This document shows, piece by piece, positions 1-12,380 of a stretch of 64,000 bases of DNA; the first letter of the stretch is position 1, and each line of letters opens with the position of its first letter. The translations under genes were made by a program, and so were the position numbers. Where the stretch lies: NCBI RefSeq assembly GCF_044704955.1, contig NC_091985.1, forward strand, positions 208,754,001-208,818,000, read 5' to 3'. Origin of the DNA: Pristiophorus japonicus. Lineage: Eukaryota. The notes beneath the pieces were generated by a model, which was not told where the DNA came from, did no database searches, and worked only from the letters and a program-made list of their open reading frames with translations.

Positions 1-1060
1 TAACAGAAACTGTGACCTATAGAATATAACCCCATTCATAACAGAAACAGACAGGTACAGATAAAAAGTGCCACATTCACACACAAGAGACTGACAGATA
101 CAGAGTGAAATCCACATTCACCCACTTGAATAAAACACACATTCGCATAACAGCAACTGACAGGAGTAAAACCCACATACACATCCCAGAGACTGACAGC
201 TGTAGAGTAAAATCCACATTCTCATAAAAGTGACTGACAGATAAAGAATAAAACGCACACTCACATCCCAGAGAGTGAAAGATACAGACAAAAATACACA
301 TTTATGTTACTGAGATTGACACTTGCACATAATACCCAAACCCATATACCAGAAACTGACAGATACAGAGAAAAATTCACACTCAAATCCCAGAGACTGA
401 CAGATGGAGTAAAACCCACTCTCACATACCATAGACTGACAAATACAGAGTAAAATACACACTCACATACCATAGACTGATGGATACAGAATAAAACCCA
501 CACTCACATACCAGAAACTGACAGGTACAGATTAAAGCCCATATTCACATCAGAAAAACTGAAAGGTGCAGAATGAAGCCCCATTCAAATACCAGAAACA
601 GACAGGTACAGACAGAAGCACACATTACCTGAAACTGACCGAGAGTAAAACCCACACTCACCTACCAGAGATTGAAATTTACCGATACAATCCACACATA
701 TAACAGAGACTGACAAGTATAGTGTGAAATCCAAACTCACACTCCGAAAACTGTTATATACAGAGTAAAATTCACACTCACATACCATAGTCTGAGAGAT
801 AGAGTAATACCCACACACAAATATCAGAAACAGACACAGGTAAAACCCACACTCACATATCAGAAAATGACAAGGACTGTGTTAATCCAACACTCACATA
901 CCAGAGAATGAAAGATACAGAATGAAACCCACACTCACTTACCAGTAATTGATAGGTACAGAGTGAAAACCTCCCTTCCATACCATAAACTTACATGTAT
1001 AAAGGAAAAGCCACATTCGCTAACCAGAGACTGACAGATACAGAATAAATACTACACTCA
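1..1060 (+). repeat. Degenerate ~42-46 bp satellite (CAGAGACTGACAGATACAGAGTGAAAnCCACACTCACATAC-like), runs off window start
   Basis: Repeated unit visible throughout; reverse complement of the 42-bp array at 39350-40260. Confidence 0.85.
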
Positions 1061-1318
1061 CTGGTGGGCGTAGTCTATAGGCCCCCTAATAGTATCTAAA
1101 CTGTTGGATGGAGTATAAATCAAGAAATAATGGAGGCTTGTAAAAAAAGGAACCGGAATAATCATGGACAATTTTAATCTTCATATTGATTGAACAAATC
1201 AAATTGGCCAAGATAGTCTTGACGAAGAATTCAGAGTGTATCTGGGATAGTTTCCTTGACAGTACTTTGTGGAAACAACCAGGGAGCAAGCTATCTTAGA
1301 TCTGGCATTATGTAATGA
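1061..1318 (+). mobile_element. CR1 LINE ORF2 endonuclease fragment
   Basis: ctggtgggcgtagtctataggccccct (LVGVVYRPP) and VEQPTREQAILDL-like segments match the CR1 at 20600-23336. Confidence 0.7.
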
Positions 1319-2130
1319 GAACATAAGAACATAAGAAATAGGAGCAGGAGTAGGCTACTTGGCCCCTCGAGCCTGCTCTGCCATTTAGTAAGCACATGTC
1401 TGATCTGATCATGGACTCAGCTCCACTTCCCTGCCCGCTCCTCATAACCCTTAATTCCCTTATCGCTCAAAAAATCGGTCTATCTCCGTCTTAATTATAT
1501 TTAATGGCCCAGCCACCACAGCTCTCTGGGGCAGAGAATTCCACAGATTTACAACCACCTGAGAGAATAAATTCCTCCTCATCTCAGTTTTAAATGAGTG
1601 ACCCCTAATTCTGAGACTATGTCCCCTAGTTCTAGTTTCCCCTATGAGTGGAAATATCCTCATTGCATCCACCTTGTCGAGCCCCCTCATTATTTTATAT
1701 GTTTCAATAAGACCACCTCACATTCTTCTGAACTCCAATGAGTATTGGCCCAACCTACTCAACCTCTCATCATAAGTCATCTCCGGAATCAACCGAGTGA
1801 ATCTTATCTTATCCAGTGCAAGTATATCCTTTCTTAAATAAGGAGACCAAAACTGCATGCAGTACTCCAGGTGTGGCCTCACCAATACCCTGTAAAGTTG
1901 TAGCAGGACTTCTCTGTTTTTATACTCCATCCCCCTTGCAATAAAGGCCAACATTCCATTTGCCTTCCTGATGACTTGCTGTACCCCATACTAACTTTTT
2001 GTGTTTCATGCACAAGGACCCCCAGATCCCTCTGTACTGCAGCACTTTGCAATTTTTCTCCATTTAAATAATAATTTGCTTTTTTATTTTTTCTGCCAAA
2101 GCGGACAACCTCACACTTTCCCACATTATA
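1319..2130 (-). mobile_element. CR1 LINE 3' fragment (RT C-terminus + 3' UTR)
   Basis: Minus ORFs KCEVVRFGRKN / LVRPHLEYCMQFWSP / TRGHSLRI; acataaga repeat tail at 1321-1336. Confidence 0.9.
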
Positions 2131-2440
2131 CTTGGGACGGACTCCACTTGGAATGTGCTGGGGTTAGGGTCCTGGCGAACCGAATAACTAGGGCTGCAGA
2201 GAGAGCTTTAGCAATCAGTGGTGGGTAGGGTTCAGGTGAGCAGAAACCTAAAAGCTCAAAGAATAAGGTGAAGGCAATAGAGCAGTGTAGCATTGGGGGA
2301 AACAAAAACGGAACAGGAAGGGACAGAATCTATAAACATAAACGTGTATCAGAAGCTGGGGCCATAGCAGGATAAAAACCATGCTAACTCTGCTTGACTG
2401 AATTATGCTTTTCCAAATGTCCTGGGACAAATGTTAGGTG
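2131..2440. mobile_element. Small CR1 fragments (ORF1 end on +, RT piece on -)
   Basis: WDGLHL..GVRVLANRITRA (ORF1 esterase end); HLEKHNSVKQS matches the CR1 near 41800. Confidence 0.6.
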
Positions 2441-2454
2441 AACTGGTCTTGTGA

Positions 2455-2524
2455 CACTGTTGTGAAGTGCCTTGGGACATTGTACTACGTTAAAGGTGCT
2501 ATATAAATCAAAGTTATTATTATA
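2455..2524 (+). mobile_element. SINE/L2-type 3' tail fragment
   Basis: aaaggtgctatataaatcaaagttattatt resembles the tail of the SINE at 31590-31985. Confidence 0.5.
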
Positions 2525-2539
2525 GGAAAGCTGCAGGTT

Positions 2540-2632
2540 TATGCGTCGCCACCGAGATTCATCGAGACGTAGAGCGCATGTGTGGCGATCTTTGCAAAAG
2601 AGCAAAGTATGGGCGGGGCTACAGGATCCCAG
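2540..2632 (+). promoter_or_regulatory. Collapsed ZNF promoter remnant (NRF1-like GCGCATG, GC box GGGCGGGG)
   Basis: Segments match 23877-23912 and 24945-24978 of the paralogous promoter. Confidence 0.5.
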
Positions 2633-2880
2633 TGAACCCAGCCAGAGTCAGCACCTTCAGGGGAGGAGAGGGAGAGGAACCAGTGAGTGTAGAACTGAAC
2701 CCAGCCAGAGTCAGCACCTTCAGGGGAGGGGAACCAGTGAGTGTAGAACTGGACCCAGCCAGAGTCAGCACCTTCAGGGGAGGAGAGGGAGGGGAACCAG
2801 TGAGTGTAGAACTGAACCCAGCCAGAGTCAGCACTTTCAGGGGAGGGGTACCAGTGAGTGTGGGACTGAACCCAGACAGA
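2633..2880 (+). repeat. 54/63-bp minisatellite in ZNF 5' region
   Basis: Units GAACCCAGCCAGAGTCAGCACCTTCAGGGGAGG(AGAGGGAGG)GGAACCAGTGAGTGTAGAACT; GTGAGT at 2683, 2737, 2800, 2854. Confidence 0.95.
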
Positions 2881-2998
2881 GTTGGTGGTGAAAACTGGGA
2901 GCAGAGGATACGCTGTCTTCAGACGTGCGATGTGTTTGAATTTCAGCACAGGGAGGACGGAGAGTGCATAGGACAGTGATTTACAGCTTTGGAGGAAG

Positions 2999-3282
2999 AA
3001 TAAGGGGTAAGCCATTTAGGACTGAGATGAGGAGAAACTTCTTCACTCAGAGAGTTGTTAACCTGTGGAATTCTCTATTGCAGAGAGTTGTTGATGCCAG
3101 TTCATTAGATATATTCAAGAGGGAGTTAGATATGGCTCTTAAGGCTAAAGGGATCAAGGGGTATGGAGAGAAAGCAGGAAAGGGGTACTGAGGTGAATGA
3201 TCAGCCATGATCTTATTGAATGGTGGTGCAGGCTCGAAGGGCCGAATGGCCTACTCCTGCACCTATTTTCTATCTTTCTATG
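2999..3282 (+). mobile_element. CR1 3' end inserted in putative ZNF intron
   Basis: Close match to 23048-23336; absent at the paralogous position ~25310. Confidence 0.9.
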
Positions 3283-3726
3283 TAACAAGAGAGGAAAAAA
3301 TGTTCCATGGAATCTAGAATTGTGTGTTCTGAATTTCTGCCCTGTACTTGCAGTAATGATTTTTGTAAACTCCTTTTCCAAGGTATTGGAAGGGGAGGAT
3401 TTGCAGATGAGAAACTCAAACCAAACGGAATCACTCGATTCCTCCGGACCTGAATATCATTGGCCTTTGCATGTGGAAGGAGAAATGTTTGTCTGTTCTT
3501 TCTGTGGGAATAGATTTCAAACATCAGTGTGACTGGAAAAGCACCAAGACACACACACCCGAGTGAGAGTGTTCCAGTGCATTGACTGTGGAAAGAGCTT
3601 TAACCAGTTACACAGCCTGAAAAAACATTGCACCATTCACAGCGGGGAGAAACCGTACATGTGTTCTGTTTGTGGCAAGGCTTCAACTGATCATCCAACC
3701 TGGAGAGACACAAGGACACCTGCACC

Positions 3727-4485
3727 ATGGAGAAACCATGGGAATGTGGGGACTGTGGGAAGAGATTCATTTCCCCGTCTGATCTGGAAATTCATCGACG
3801 CAGTCACACCGGGGAGAGGCCATTCACCTGCTCTGATTGTGGGAAGGGATTCAGTCGGTTATCCCACCTTCTAACTCACCAGCGAATTCACACAGGGGAG
3901 AGACCATTCACCTGCTCTGAGTGTGGGAAGGGATTCACTTGTTCATCCAACCTTCTAACTCACCAGCGATTTCACACTGGGGAGAGACCGTTCACCTGCT
4001 CTGAATGTGGGAAAGGATTCACTGTGTCATCCCGCCTGCTGACACACCAACGAGTTCACACTGGGGAGAGACCGTTCATCTGCTCTGTATGTGGGAAGGG
4101 ATTCACTATCTCATCCATCCTGCTGATACACCAGCGAGTTCACACTGAGGAGAAGTCGTTCACCTGCTCCGTTTGTGGGGAGCGATTCGCTTGGTCATCC
4201 CACCTGCTGGTGCATCAGCGAGTTCACGCTGTGGAGAGGCCGTTCATCTGCTCACTGTGTGGGAAGGGATTCACTCAGTCATCCCACCTGCTGACACACC
4301 AGCGCATTCACACTGGGGAAAGGCCATTCACCTGCACTGAGTGTGGGAAAGGATTCACTCAGTCATCCCACCTGCTGACACACCAGCGCATTCACACTGG
4401 GGAGAGACCGTTCACCTGCTCTGTGTGTGGGAAGCGATTCACTCGATCATTCCACCTGCTGAGACACCAGCGAGTTCACAAGTGA
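3727..4485 (+). CDS. C2H2 (Kruppel-type) zinc-finger protein, 9 tandem fingers
   Basis: 252-aa ORF, CxxC-12-HxxxH with TGERPF linkers, ATG in CACCATGG context; three degenerate fingers upstream (3382-3726). Confidence 0.85.
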   Translation: MEKPWECGDCGKRFISPSDLEIHRRSHTGERPFTCSDCGKGFSRLSHLLTHQRIHTGERPFTCSECGKGFTCSSNLLTHQRFHTGERPFTCSECGKGFTVSSRLLTHQRVHTGERPFICSVCGKGFTISSILLIHQRVHTEEKSFTCSVCGERFAWSSHLLVHQRVHAVERPFICSLCGKGFTQSSHLLTHQRIHTGERPFTCTECGKGFTQSSHLLTHQRIHTGERPFTCSVCGKRFTRSFHLLRHQRVHK

Positions 4486-4664
4486 CTGCAGGGTTTGGCT
4501 ACTACTGTTATCCCAGACTGAATCGTGTTCATTCTGACCGTTGGGGTTTCTTTCTGCTGATATTGATTACCCTATAACTGGGCTGGAGTTTAATATTCTG
4601 GATATTTGACCAATTAATCAATGGGAAATGGGTCAGATAAAAATAATACTAATTGTGTTTGCAT

Positions 4665-5212
4665 CTCATCATCATAGGCAGTCCCTCGGAATCGAGGAGG
4701 ACTTGCTTCCACTCCCAAAGTGAGTTCTTTGATGGCTGAACAGTCCAATATGAGAGCCACAGACCCTGTTACAGGTGGGACAGACATTCGTCGAGAGAAG
4801 GGTTCGGTGGGGCTGGTTTGCCACTGCCTGTGCTTGGCCTCTTCATGCTCTTTGCGTTGAGACTCGAAGAGCTCAACGACCTCCCGGATGTACTTTCTCC
4901 ACCTCGGTGGTCTGCCGCCGGGGTCTCCCAGGTGTCAGTGGTGATGTCGCACTTTAACAACGAGGCTTTGAGGGTGTCCTTATAACGTTTCTGCTGTCCT
5001 CCTTTGGCTCGTTTACCATGAAGGAGCTCGGCATAAAGCATTTGCTTAGGGAGTCTCGTATCTGGCATGCGCACTATGTGGCCTGCCCAGCGAAGCTGAT
5101 CGAGTGTGGTCAGTGCTTCAATACTGGGGATGTTAGCCTGGTCAAGGACACGGCTGTTGGTGCGCCTGTCCTCCCAGGGGATTTGCAGGATCTTGTGGAG
5201 ACATCTATACTT
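4665..5212 (-). mobile_element. RTE-clade LINE 3' fragment
   Basis: QLRWAGHIVRMPDTRLPKQMLYAEL..GGQQKRYKDTLK; (TGA)n tail at 4666-4676. Confidence 0.9.
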
Positions 5213-5435
5213 CACTCTTTAAAGGGATTTCTTCAAGTACTGAAAGCTGCAACAAATTGAGCTAAACTTTGTTCAACAATTGATAAAATTAATGGAATCT
5301 GCAGTTTGGCTTTGAATTTCTTTGGGATGGCGCTGGACATGATGTGCCTTGAAATACCTCCTGTGTCCAGTAGATGACGCTGTCCCTCCAATTAACTCCG
5401 ACTGAGAGGTGCGTGACTCAAGCAGGAGGAACGAG

Positions 5436-6118
5436 GGCAGCTCAGGTTAGACACTGCACCCCACAGGGACATCACACATTGCCCCCTCCCTGGGGCAGCT
5501 CAGGGTCAGACACTGCACCCCACAGGGACATCACACATTGCCCCCTCCCTGGGGCAGCTCAGGGTCAGACACTGCACCCCACAGGGACATCACACACTGC
5601 CCCCCTCCCTGGGGCAGCTCAGGGTCATCACACATTGCCCCCTCCCTGGGGCAGCTCAGGGTCAGACACTGAATACACTGCACCCCACAGGGACATCACT
5701 CACTGCCCCCCTCCCTGGGGCAGCTCAGGGTCAGACACTGAACACACTGCACCCCACAAGGACATCACTCACTGCCCCCCTCCCTGGGGCAGCTCAGGGT
5801 CAGACACTGAACACACTGCACCCCACAGGGACATCACACATTGCCCCCTCCCTGGGGCAGCTCAGGGTCAGACACTGAACACACTGCACCCCACAGGGAC
5901 ATCACTCACTGCCCCCCTCCCTGGGGCAGCTCAGGGTCAGACACTGCATCCCACAGGGACATCACACATTGCCCCCTCCCTGGGGCAGCTCAGGGTCAGA
6001 CACTGCACCCCACAGGGACATCACACATTGCCTCCTCCCTGGGGCAGCTCAGGGTCAGACACTGCACCCCACAGGGACATCACACATTGCCCCCTCCCTG
6101 GGGCAGATCAGAGTCAGA
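5436..6118. repeat. 59-bp minisatellite (~11 units, some 68-69 bp variants)
   Basis: Period 59 (5492 to 5551); each unit has a TGCCCC-ctccct-GGGGCA hairpin. Confidence 0.95.
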
Positions 6119-8283
6119 ACTTGGAGTGGGAAAGGGAGGATGCAGTTGTCGTGGACCATGTAGGGACTAATGCATAGGTAGGGCTAGGTTCTGCTGAAAG
6201 AGATGGAGGAGTTGGGGTTCAAATGAAAAAGCTGAACCGCAAAGGTAATAATCTCTGGATTGTTACTTGAACCCCACACCAATTGTTACAGGGAGAAGCA
6301 GATTCGAACATTAAATGCATGGTTCAAAGAGTGGTGTGGGAGGCAGGGGTTATGCTTTACAGACACTGGCACCAGCACTGGGCAAAGAGGGAGCTGTTCC
6401 CTTGCCATGGGTTTCACTTGAGCTGGGCAGGAACCAGTGTCCTGGCGAATTGAATAACTAAGGCAGTAAACAGGGTTTTAAACTATTGAAGGCGGGGTGG
6501 GGAGATCCAGGAAAGTACAGCACGGTTTAGATTCAGAGAAAAAGCAAAAGAGACATGTCAAGGATCTAAAGCAGAGTTTTGGATAACAATAAGCAGAGTG
6601 GGTCAGGAAGAGACAGAGAGAGTAACAAAGGTAATAGGGCATTACGGACTAAGGAGACATCAAGGAAAAATAGAAGAAAGTCAAAGCTAAAAGCACTATA
6701 TTTTAATGGACAAAGAATTCTCAACAGAATAGATGAATTAGTAGAACAGATAGAAATTAATAGGTTTGATCTAATAGCCATTACGGAGATGTGGTTGCAA
6801 AGTGACCACGGTTGGGAACTAAATATTTCAGGATACATAACTTTTAGAAGAGATGGCAAAATAGAAAAGGAGAAGAGGAAGCCCTGATAGTAAAGGATGG
6901 GATAAAGACAGTAGAGGGAAAGGATCTTAGCTCAGAAAATCAAGAATCAGTTTGGGTGGAGCTAAGAAACAGCAAGGGGCAGAAAACATTGGTCGGAGTT
7001 GTTTGTCGGCCCCCAAACCGTAGTGGTAATGTAGGGCACAGTATAAATCAGGAAATTAGAGGTGCATGTAACAAAGGTAATACAATAATCATGGGGGACT
7101 TTAATCTGCATATAGACTGGGGAAACCAAATTTGCAGTAATAGTGTGGAGGACGAATTCATGAAAAGTATACAAGATGGTTTTCTAGATCAGTATGTTGA
7201 GGAACCAACTAGAGAACAGGTTATTTTAGATCTAGTATTGTTCAATAAGAAAGGGTTAATTAATAACGTTATAGTAAAGGGGCCCTTAGGGAAGAGTGAC
7301 TATAATATGATAGAATTTTACATTAAGTTTGAAAGTGATTTAGTTAAATCTGAAACTTGGGTCTTAAATCTAAACAAAGGAAACTATGTAGGTATGAGGG
7401 GAGAGTTGGTTAAGGTAGATTGGGAAACTACATTAAAAGGTATGATGGTAGAAAAGCAATGGCTATCACTTGAAGAATTAATACATAATTTACAACAAAC
7501 ACACATTCCTTTTTGGCACAAAAATCCCACAAGAATAGTGGTCCAACCGTGGCCAACAAGAGAAGTTAAAGATAGTATTAGATGACAGAAAGATGCTTAG
7601 AATGTTGCCAAAAAGAGCAGTAAGCCTGAGGATTGGGAAGATTTTGGAATTCAGCAAAGGAGGACCAGGAAATTGTTAAGAAAGGGAAAATAGAATATGA
7701 AAGTAAACTAGTGAGAGACAAAATAACAGACTTCAAATGCTTCTATGGGTATGTAAAAAGGAAAAGTTTAGTAAAAGTAAATGTGTTTCCCCTACAGGAG
7801 ACAGGAGAAATTATAATGTGAACAAGGAAATGGCAGAGAAATTAAATGCATATTTTATGTCTGTCTTCATGGAAAGTGGTGCAAAAAACTTGCTGGATCT
7901 ACTGGAGAACCCAGGGTCTAGCGAGAATGAGGAACTGAAAGAAATTAATATTCATCAAAAAATGGTACTGGAGAAATTAATGGGACTGGAAGCCGATAAA
8001 ATCCCTGGACCTGATAGCCTACATCCTAGGGTATTGAAAAGGGTAGCTATAGAACTAGTGGATGCATTGGTTGTCATCTTCCAAAATTCCAGAGTCTAGA
8101 ATGGTTCCTGTGGTTTGGAAGATAGCAAATGTAACTGAGCTATTTAAGAAAGGAGGGAAGAGAGAAAGCGGGGAACTACAGAGCAGTTAACCTGACATCA
8201 GTAGTAGGGAAAATGCTCGATTCTATTATTAACAACATGGTAACATGCACTTAGAGAATAATAAGATTGGGCAGAGTCAACAA
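6119..8283 (+). mobile_element. Degraded CR1 LINE: ORF1 SGNH-esterase end + ORF2 endonuclease and RT start
   Basis: VVVDHVGTN block; DLIAITEMWL, MGDFN, GKSDYN, PGPDSLHPRVLK; stops and frameshifts. Confidence 0.9.
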
Positions 8284-10826
8284 TTCGGTAGGCTGCAGCG
8301 ATCTTCCAGAGAAACATGGAGAGCCTACTCAAGTCGGTACCAAGCACGGTGGTTTTTCAGGACGAAATATTGGTCATGGGTCAGGACACCGTCGAGCACC
8401 TACAAAACCTGGAGGAGGTCCTCCAGCGACTGGATCGCGTAGGGCTGCAGCTGAAGAGGTCAAAATGCATCTTCATGGCAACAGAAGTGCAGTTTTTGGG
8501 GAGAAAGATTGCGGCGGATGGCATTCGGCCCACATATGCCAAGACAGAGGCTATCAGAACGTCACAGAGCTGCGGTCGTTCCTGGGGCTCCTCAACTATT
8601 TTGGTAACTTCCTACCGGTGTTAAGCATCCTCTTAGAACCCCTACATGTGTTATTGCATAAAGGTGAGAATTGGATATGGGGAAAAAACAAGTAATTGCT
8701 TTTGAGAAAGCCAGAAACATTTTATGCTCCAACAAGCTGCTTGTACTGTATAACCCGTGTAAAAGACTTGTGCTAGCATGTGATGGGTCATCGTACGGAG
8801 TCGGGTGTGTATTACAACAAGCTAACGTTGCGGGCAAATTGCAAACAGTCGCATATGCCTCCAGGAGCTTGTCTAAGGACGAGAGGGCCTACAGCATGAT
8901 TGAGAAAGAGGAATTAGCGTGTGTGTTCGAGGTAAAGAAAATGCATCAGTGGCAGTTTGGCCTCAAATTTGAGCTGGAAACCAATCACAAGCCCCTCATA
9001 TCCCTGTTCGCTGAAAACAAGGAGATAAATACTAATGCCTCAGCCCACATACAAAGGTGGGCACTCACACTATCAGCGTATAACTATACCATCCACCACA
9101 GGCCAGGCATCGAGAACTGTGCAGGTGCTCTCGGTTGGCTACCATTGTCCACCACGGGGGTGAAAATGGCGCAACCTGCAAACTTGTTGATGGTGGCACA
9201 GCCCGCAGACTTGTTGATGGTCATGGAAGCGTTTGAAAATGATGAATCACCTGTCACATCCCGCCAGATTAGGACTTGGACCAGCCAAGATCCTCTGCTG
9301 TCCCTAGTAAAAAAAACTGTGTACTGCATGGGAGCTGGGCCAGCATCCCCGTTGAAATGCAAGAGCTAATCAAGCCATTCCAGCAACGAAAGGACAAGCT
9401 GCCCATTCAGGCAGACTGCCTGTTGTGGGGTAACCGCGTAGTGCTACCCAAAAAGGGCAGGGAGACGTTCATCTCGGATCTCCACAGCACACACCCGGGT
9501 ATAGTAATGATGAAAGCGATAGCCAGATCCCACGTGTGGTGGCCCGGTATCGACTCTGACTTAGAGAACTGTGTATGGCAATGCCGCATGTGTACTCAGT
9601 TGAACAACGTGCCCAGAGAGGCACCACTAAGTTTGTGGTCCTGACCCTCCAGGCCATGGTCGAGGATCCATGTCGACTATGCGGGCCCGTTTCTCGGTAA
9701 AACGTTCCTGGTGGTGGTGGATGCTTTTTAAAATGGATTGAATGTGAAATAATGTCGGGAAGCACTGCCACCGCCACCATTGAAAGCCTGAGGCCCATGT
9801 TTGCCATCTACAGCGGGCCATGTTTCACCAGTGCCAAATTTAAAGAATTCATGACCTGCAATGGGATCAAACATGTCACCTGGGCCCCGTTTAAACCAGC
9901 CTCCAATGGGCAGGCAGAGCGGGCAGTACAAACAATCAAACAGAGCCTTAAACGAGTCACAGAAGGCTCACTCCAAACCCGCCTGTCCCAAGTACTGCTC
10001 AGCTACCGCACGAGACCCCACTCGCTCACGGGGGTGCCCCCGGCTGAGCTACTCAAGAAAAGGATACTTAAAACCAGACTCTCGCTGGTTCACCCCAACC
10101 TGCATGATCAGGTAGAGAGCAGACGGCAGCAACTAAATGTAAAAGATGGTCACGCCATTGTGTCACGGGAAATTGATCTGAATGACCCTGTGTATGTGCT
10201 AAACTATGGACATGGTCCCAAGTGGATCGCGGGCACAGTGATAGCCAAAGAAGGGAGCAGGGTGTTTGTAGTCAACTTAGACAATGGATAAATTTGCAGA
10301 AAGCACCTGGACCAAACGAGGCTGCGGTTCACAGACTGCTCTGAACAGCCCACAGCAGGCACCACCTTTTTCGAGCCCACAACACACACCCAAAGGATCA
10401 ACGACACCACCCCGGACCAGGAAATTGAACCCATCATGCCCAACAGCCCAGCAAGGCCAGGCTCACCCAGCAGCCCTGCAGGGCCAACAACATGCCAGCC
10501 CAGCGAGGGCACAGCCAACACACCAGAACAGACATTTGTACCGAGGCGGTCCACCAGGGAAAGAAAGGCTCCCGACCGCCTCACCTTGTAAATAGTTTTC
10601 ACTTTGACTTTGGGGAGGAGTGATGTTGTGTATCTGTAAAGCATGCACTCCCATGTCCGCCACCAGGGAGTGCATCCCCTGAAATCCCAAGGGATCCCAG
10701 CATCCCTTCGGAGCACTGTATATAAGCCGGCCCCTAAGGCCTGTTCCTGAATCTGGAGTGTCTTAATAAAGACTGAGGTCACTGTTACTTTAACCTCCCT
10801 GTGTGCAGTCTCATCTATGTTAGGAA
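8284..10826 (+). mobile_element. 5'-deleted Gypsy LTR retrotransposon (RT end, RNase H, integrase, PPT, 3' LTR)
   Basis: FQDE, LACDGS, AYSMIEKE, HPGIVMMKAIARSHVWWP, PASNGQAER; PPT 10612-10623; LTR from TGT at 10624 with TATA and AATAAA. Confidence 0.9.
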
Positions 10827-10829
10827 ATG

Positions 10830-11218
10830 TTTAAGTGCACATCGAAGTATTTTTTAAATGTGGTGAGTGTTCCTGCCTCTACCACCCTTTCAGGCAGTGA
10901 GTTCCAGAGCCCCACCACCCTCTGGGCAAATCAATTTCCCCTCATATTTCCTCTAAACCTCATACCAATTACTTTAAATCTATGCCCCCTGGTTGTTGAC
11001 CACCTCTGCCAAGGGAAACAGATCCTTCCTATCCACTCTATCCAGGCTCCAGATAATTTTATAAACCTCAATCAGGTCTCCCCTCAGCCTCCTCTGTTGC
11101 AAAGAAAACAGACCCAGCACCTCCAATATTTCCTCATAGCCAAAATTTTCCAGTCCAGGCAACATTCTTGTAAATCTTCTCCACATCCTTTCCAGTGCAC
11201 TCACATCTTTCCTGTAAT
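10830..11218 (-). mobile_element. CR1 3' fragment
   Basis: ALERMWRRFTRMLPGL..RRLRGDLIEVYKI. Confidence 0.85.
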
Positions 11219-11800
11219 ATGGGGCCCAAGTTTCGAGCTGGGCGCCTGTTTTTCGCGCCTAAAACGGCGCCTAAAAAAATCCCCGGTATTCTCCACCTAC
11301 TTACAGGTCCTCTGGCCCTCGGCGCAGCCAGCACGAGCTGTGGGGGGGGCGGAGCCAGGTCCCGGCGCTGAAAACAGTGCCGGGACCTCTGCATTTGCAC
11401 GCTACAGTCGGCACGCAAGTGCAGTAGCACCAGGCGCCGAACTGTGTGGGAGGGGCCCAAAGCACGCAGCCCCTAGCCCTGGCTGAATGGCCGCACTGGG
11501 GCTGCGTGAATGAGGCTCCTCCCACGGCCAGCTCCTGCTCCTCCCCCGACCAGACCCGACACCCACTCCCCCCCCCGCCGACCAGACCCGACCCGACACC
11601 CGCTCCCCCCCCACTCCGCCGACCAGACCCGACCCGACACCCGCTCCCCGCCCCCCCGCCGACCAGGCACCCGATCCCCCCCGCCGATCAGACCCGACCC
11701 GACACCCGCTCCCCCCCCCGCCCCGACCCGAGACCCGCTAACCCCCCCCCCACCCTGACCCGAGACCCGACACCCACTCCCCCTCGCCCCGACCGATCGT
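11219..11800. repeat. GC-rich interspersed repeat starting GGGGCCCAAGTTTC, ending in CCCGAC/CCCGCT low-complexity array
   Basis: Abrupt GC/CpG shift interrupting CR1; C-rich tandem 11540-11795; family not assignable. Confidence 0.55.
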
Positions 11801-11934
11801 CCTATCACGAGAGATTAAGTGGATTCGGCCGATATTATCTAGAGCTCAGAAGTATGAGAGGTGATTTCATTGAAACATACAAAATTCTTACAGGGTTTGA
11901 CAGGGTAAACAACATACAAAATGAACTTACAGTC

Positions 11935-12115
11935 CGCAAGTGTGACCGAGCTTCCAGTCGCCTGTCACTTCAATTCTCCACTCCACTCCCACTCTGACCT
12001 CTCCATCCTTGGTCTCCAGCAAAGCTCAACGCAAGCTCGAGGAACAGCACCTCATCTTTCGTTTAGGCACTTTACAGCCCTCTGGACTTAACATCGAGTT
12101 TAACAATTTCACAGT
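11935..12115 (+). mobile_element. Penelope-like element fragment (GIY-YIG C-terminus)
   Basis: Translates PVACHFNSP.HSHSDLSILGL..RKLEEQHLIFRLGTLQPSGLNIEFNNF. Confidence 0.75.
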
Positions 12116-12204
12116 GTAACCGCTGCCAATTTTTGGCTCCCTCCCACCTCCCCCCGTGCCCCAACCCCCACCCAGCCAGAGCCTGTTTTGTTTCCTTTCT
12201 CCTT

Positions 12205-12380
12205 GTCGCTGATTGGATTTTTTGAGGAGGTAACCAAGAGGGTTGATGAGGGTAGTGCATACGATGTAGTACATATGGACTTTAGCAAGGCATTTAATAA
12301 GGTCCCACATGGTATACTGGTCATGAAGGTTAAAGTCCATGGGATCCAGGACAAAGAAGCAAGTTGGATCCAAAATTGGC
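12205..12380 (+). mobile_element. CR1 RT fragment
   Basis: FFEEVTKRVDEGSAYDVVHMDFSKAF. Confidence 0.8.

Noticed and set aside
3520-3700. Selenocysteine or readthrough at the conserved ZNF TGAs (TGA-CTG-G)
   Set aside because: The TGAs are not at Cys positions, locus 1 has a 1-bp deletion near 3676 breaking the upstream frame, and I recognised no SECIS.
6119-10826. Chimeric CR1-Gypsy element
   Set aside because: Both parts are independently decayed and the 8283 junction lacks an LTR or TSD; a deletion joining neighbours is simpler.
11446-11997. Proline-rich 183-aa protein
   Set aside because: Translation of a C-rich low-complexity repeat running into CR1 and Penelope debris.
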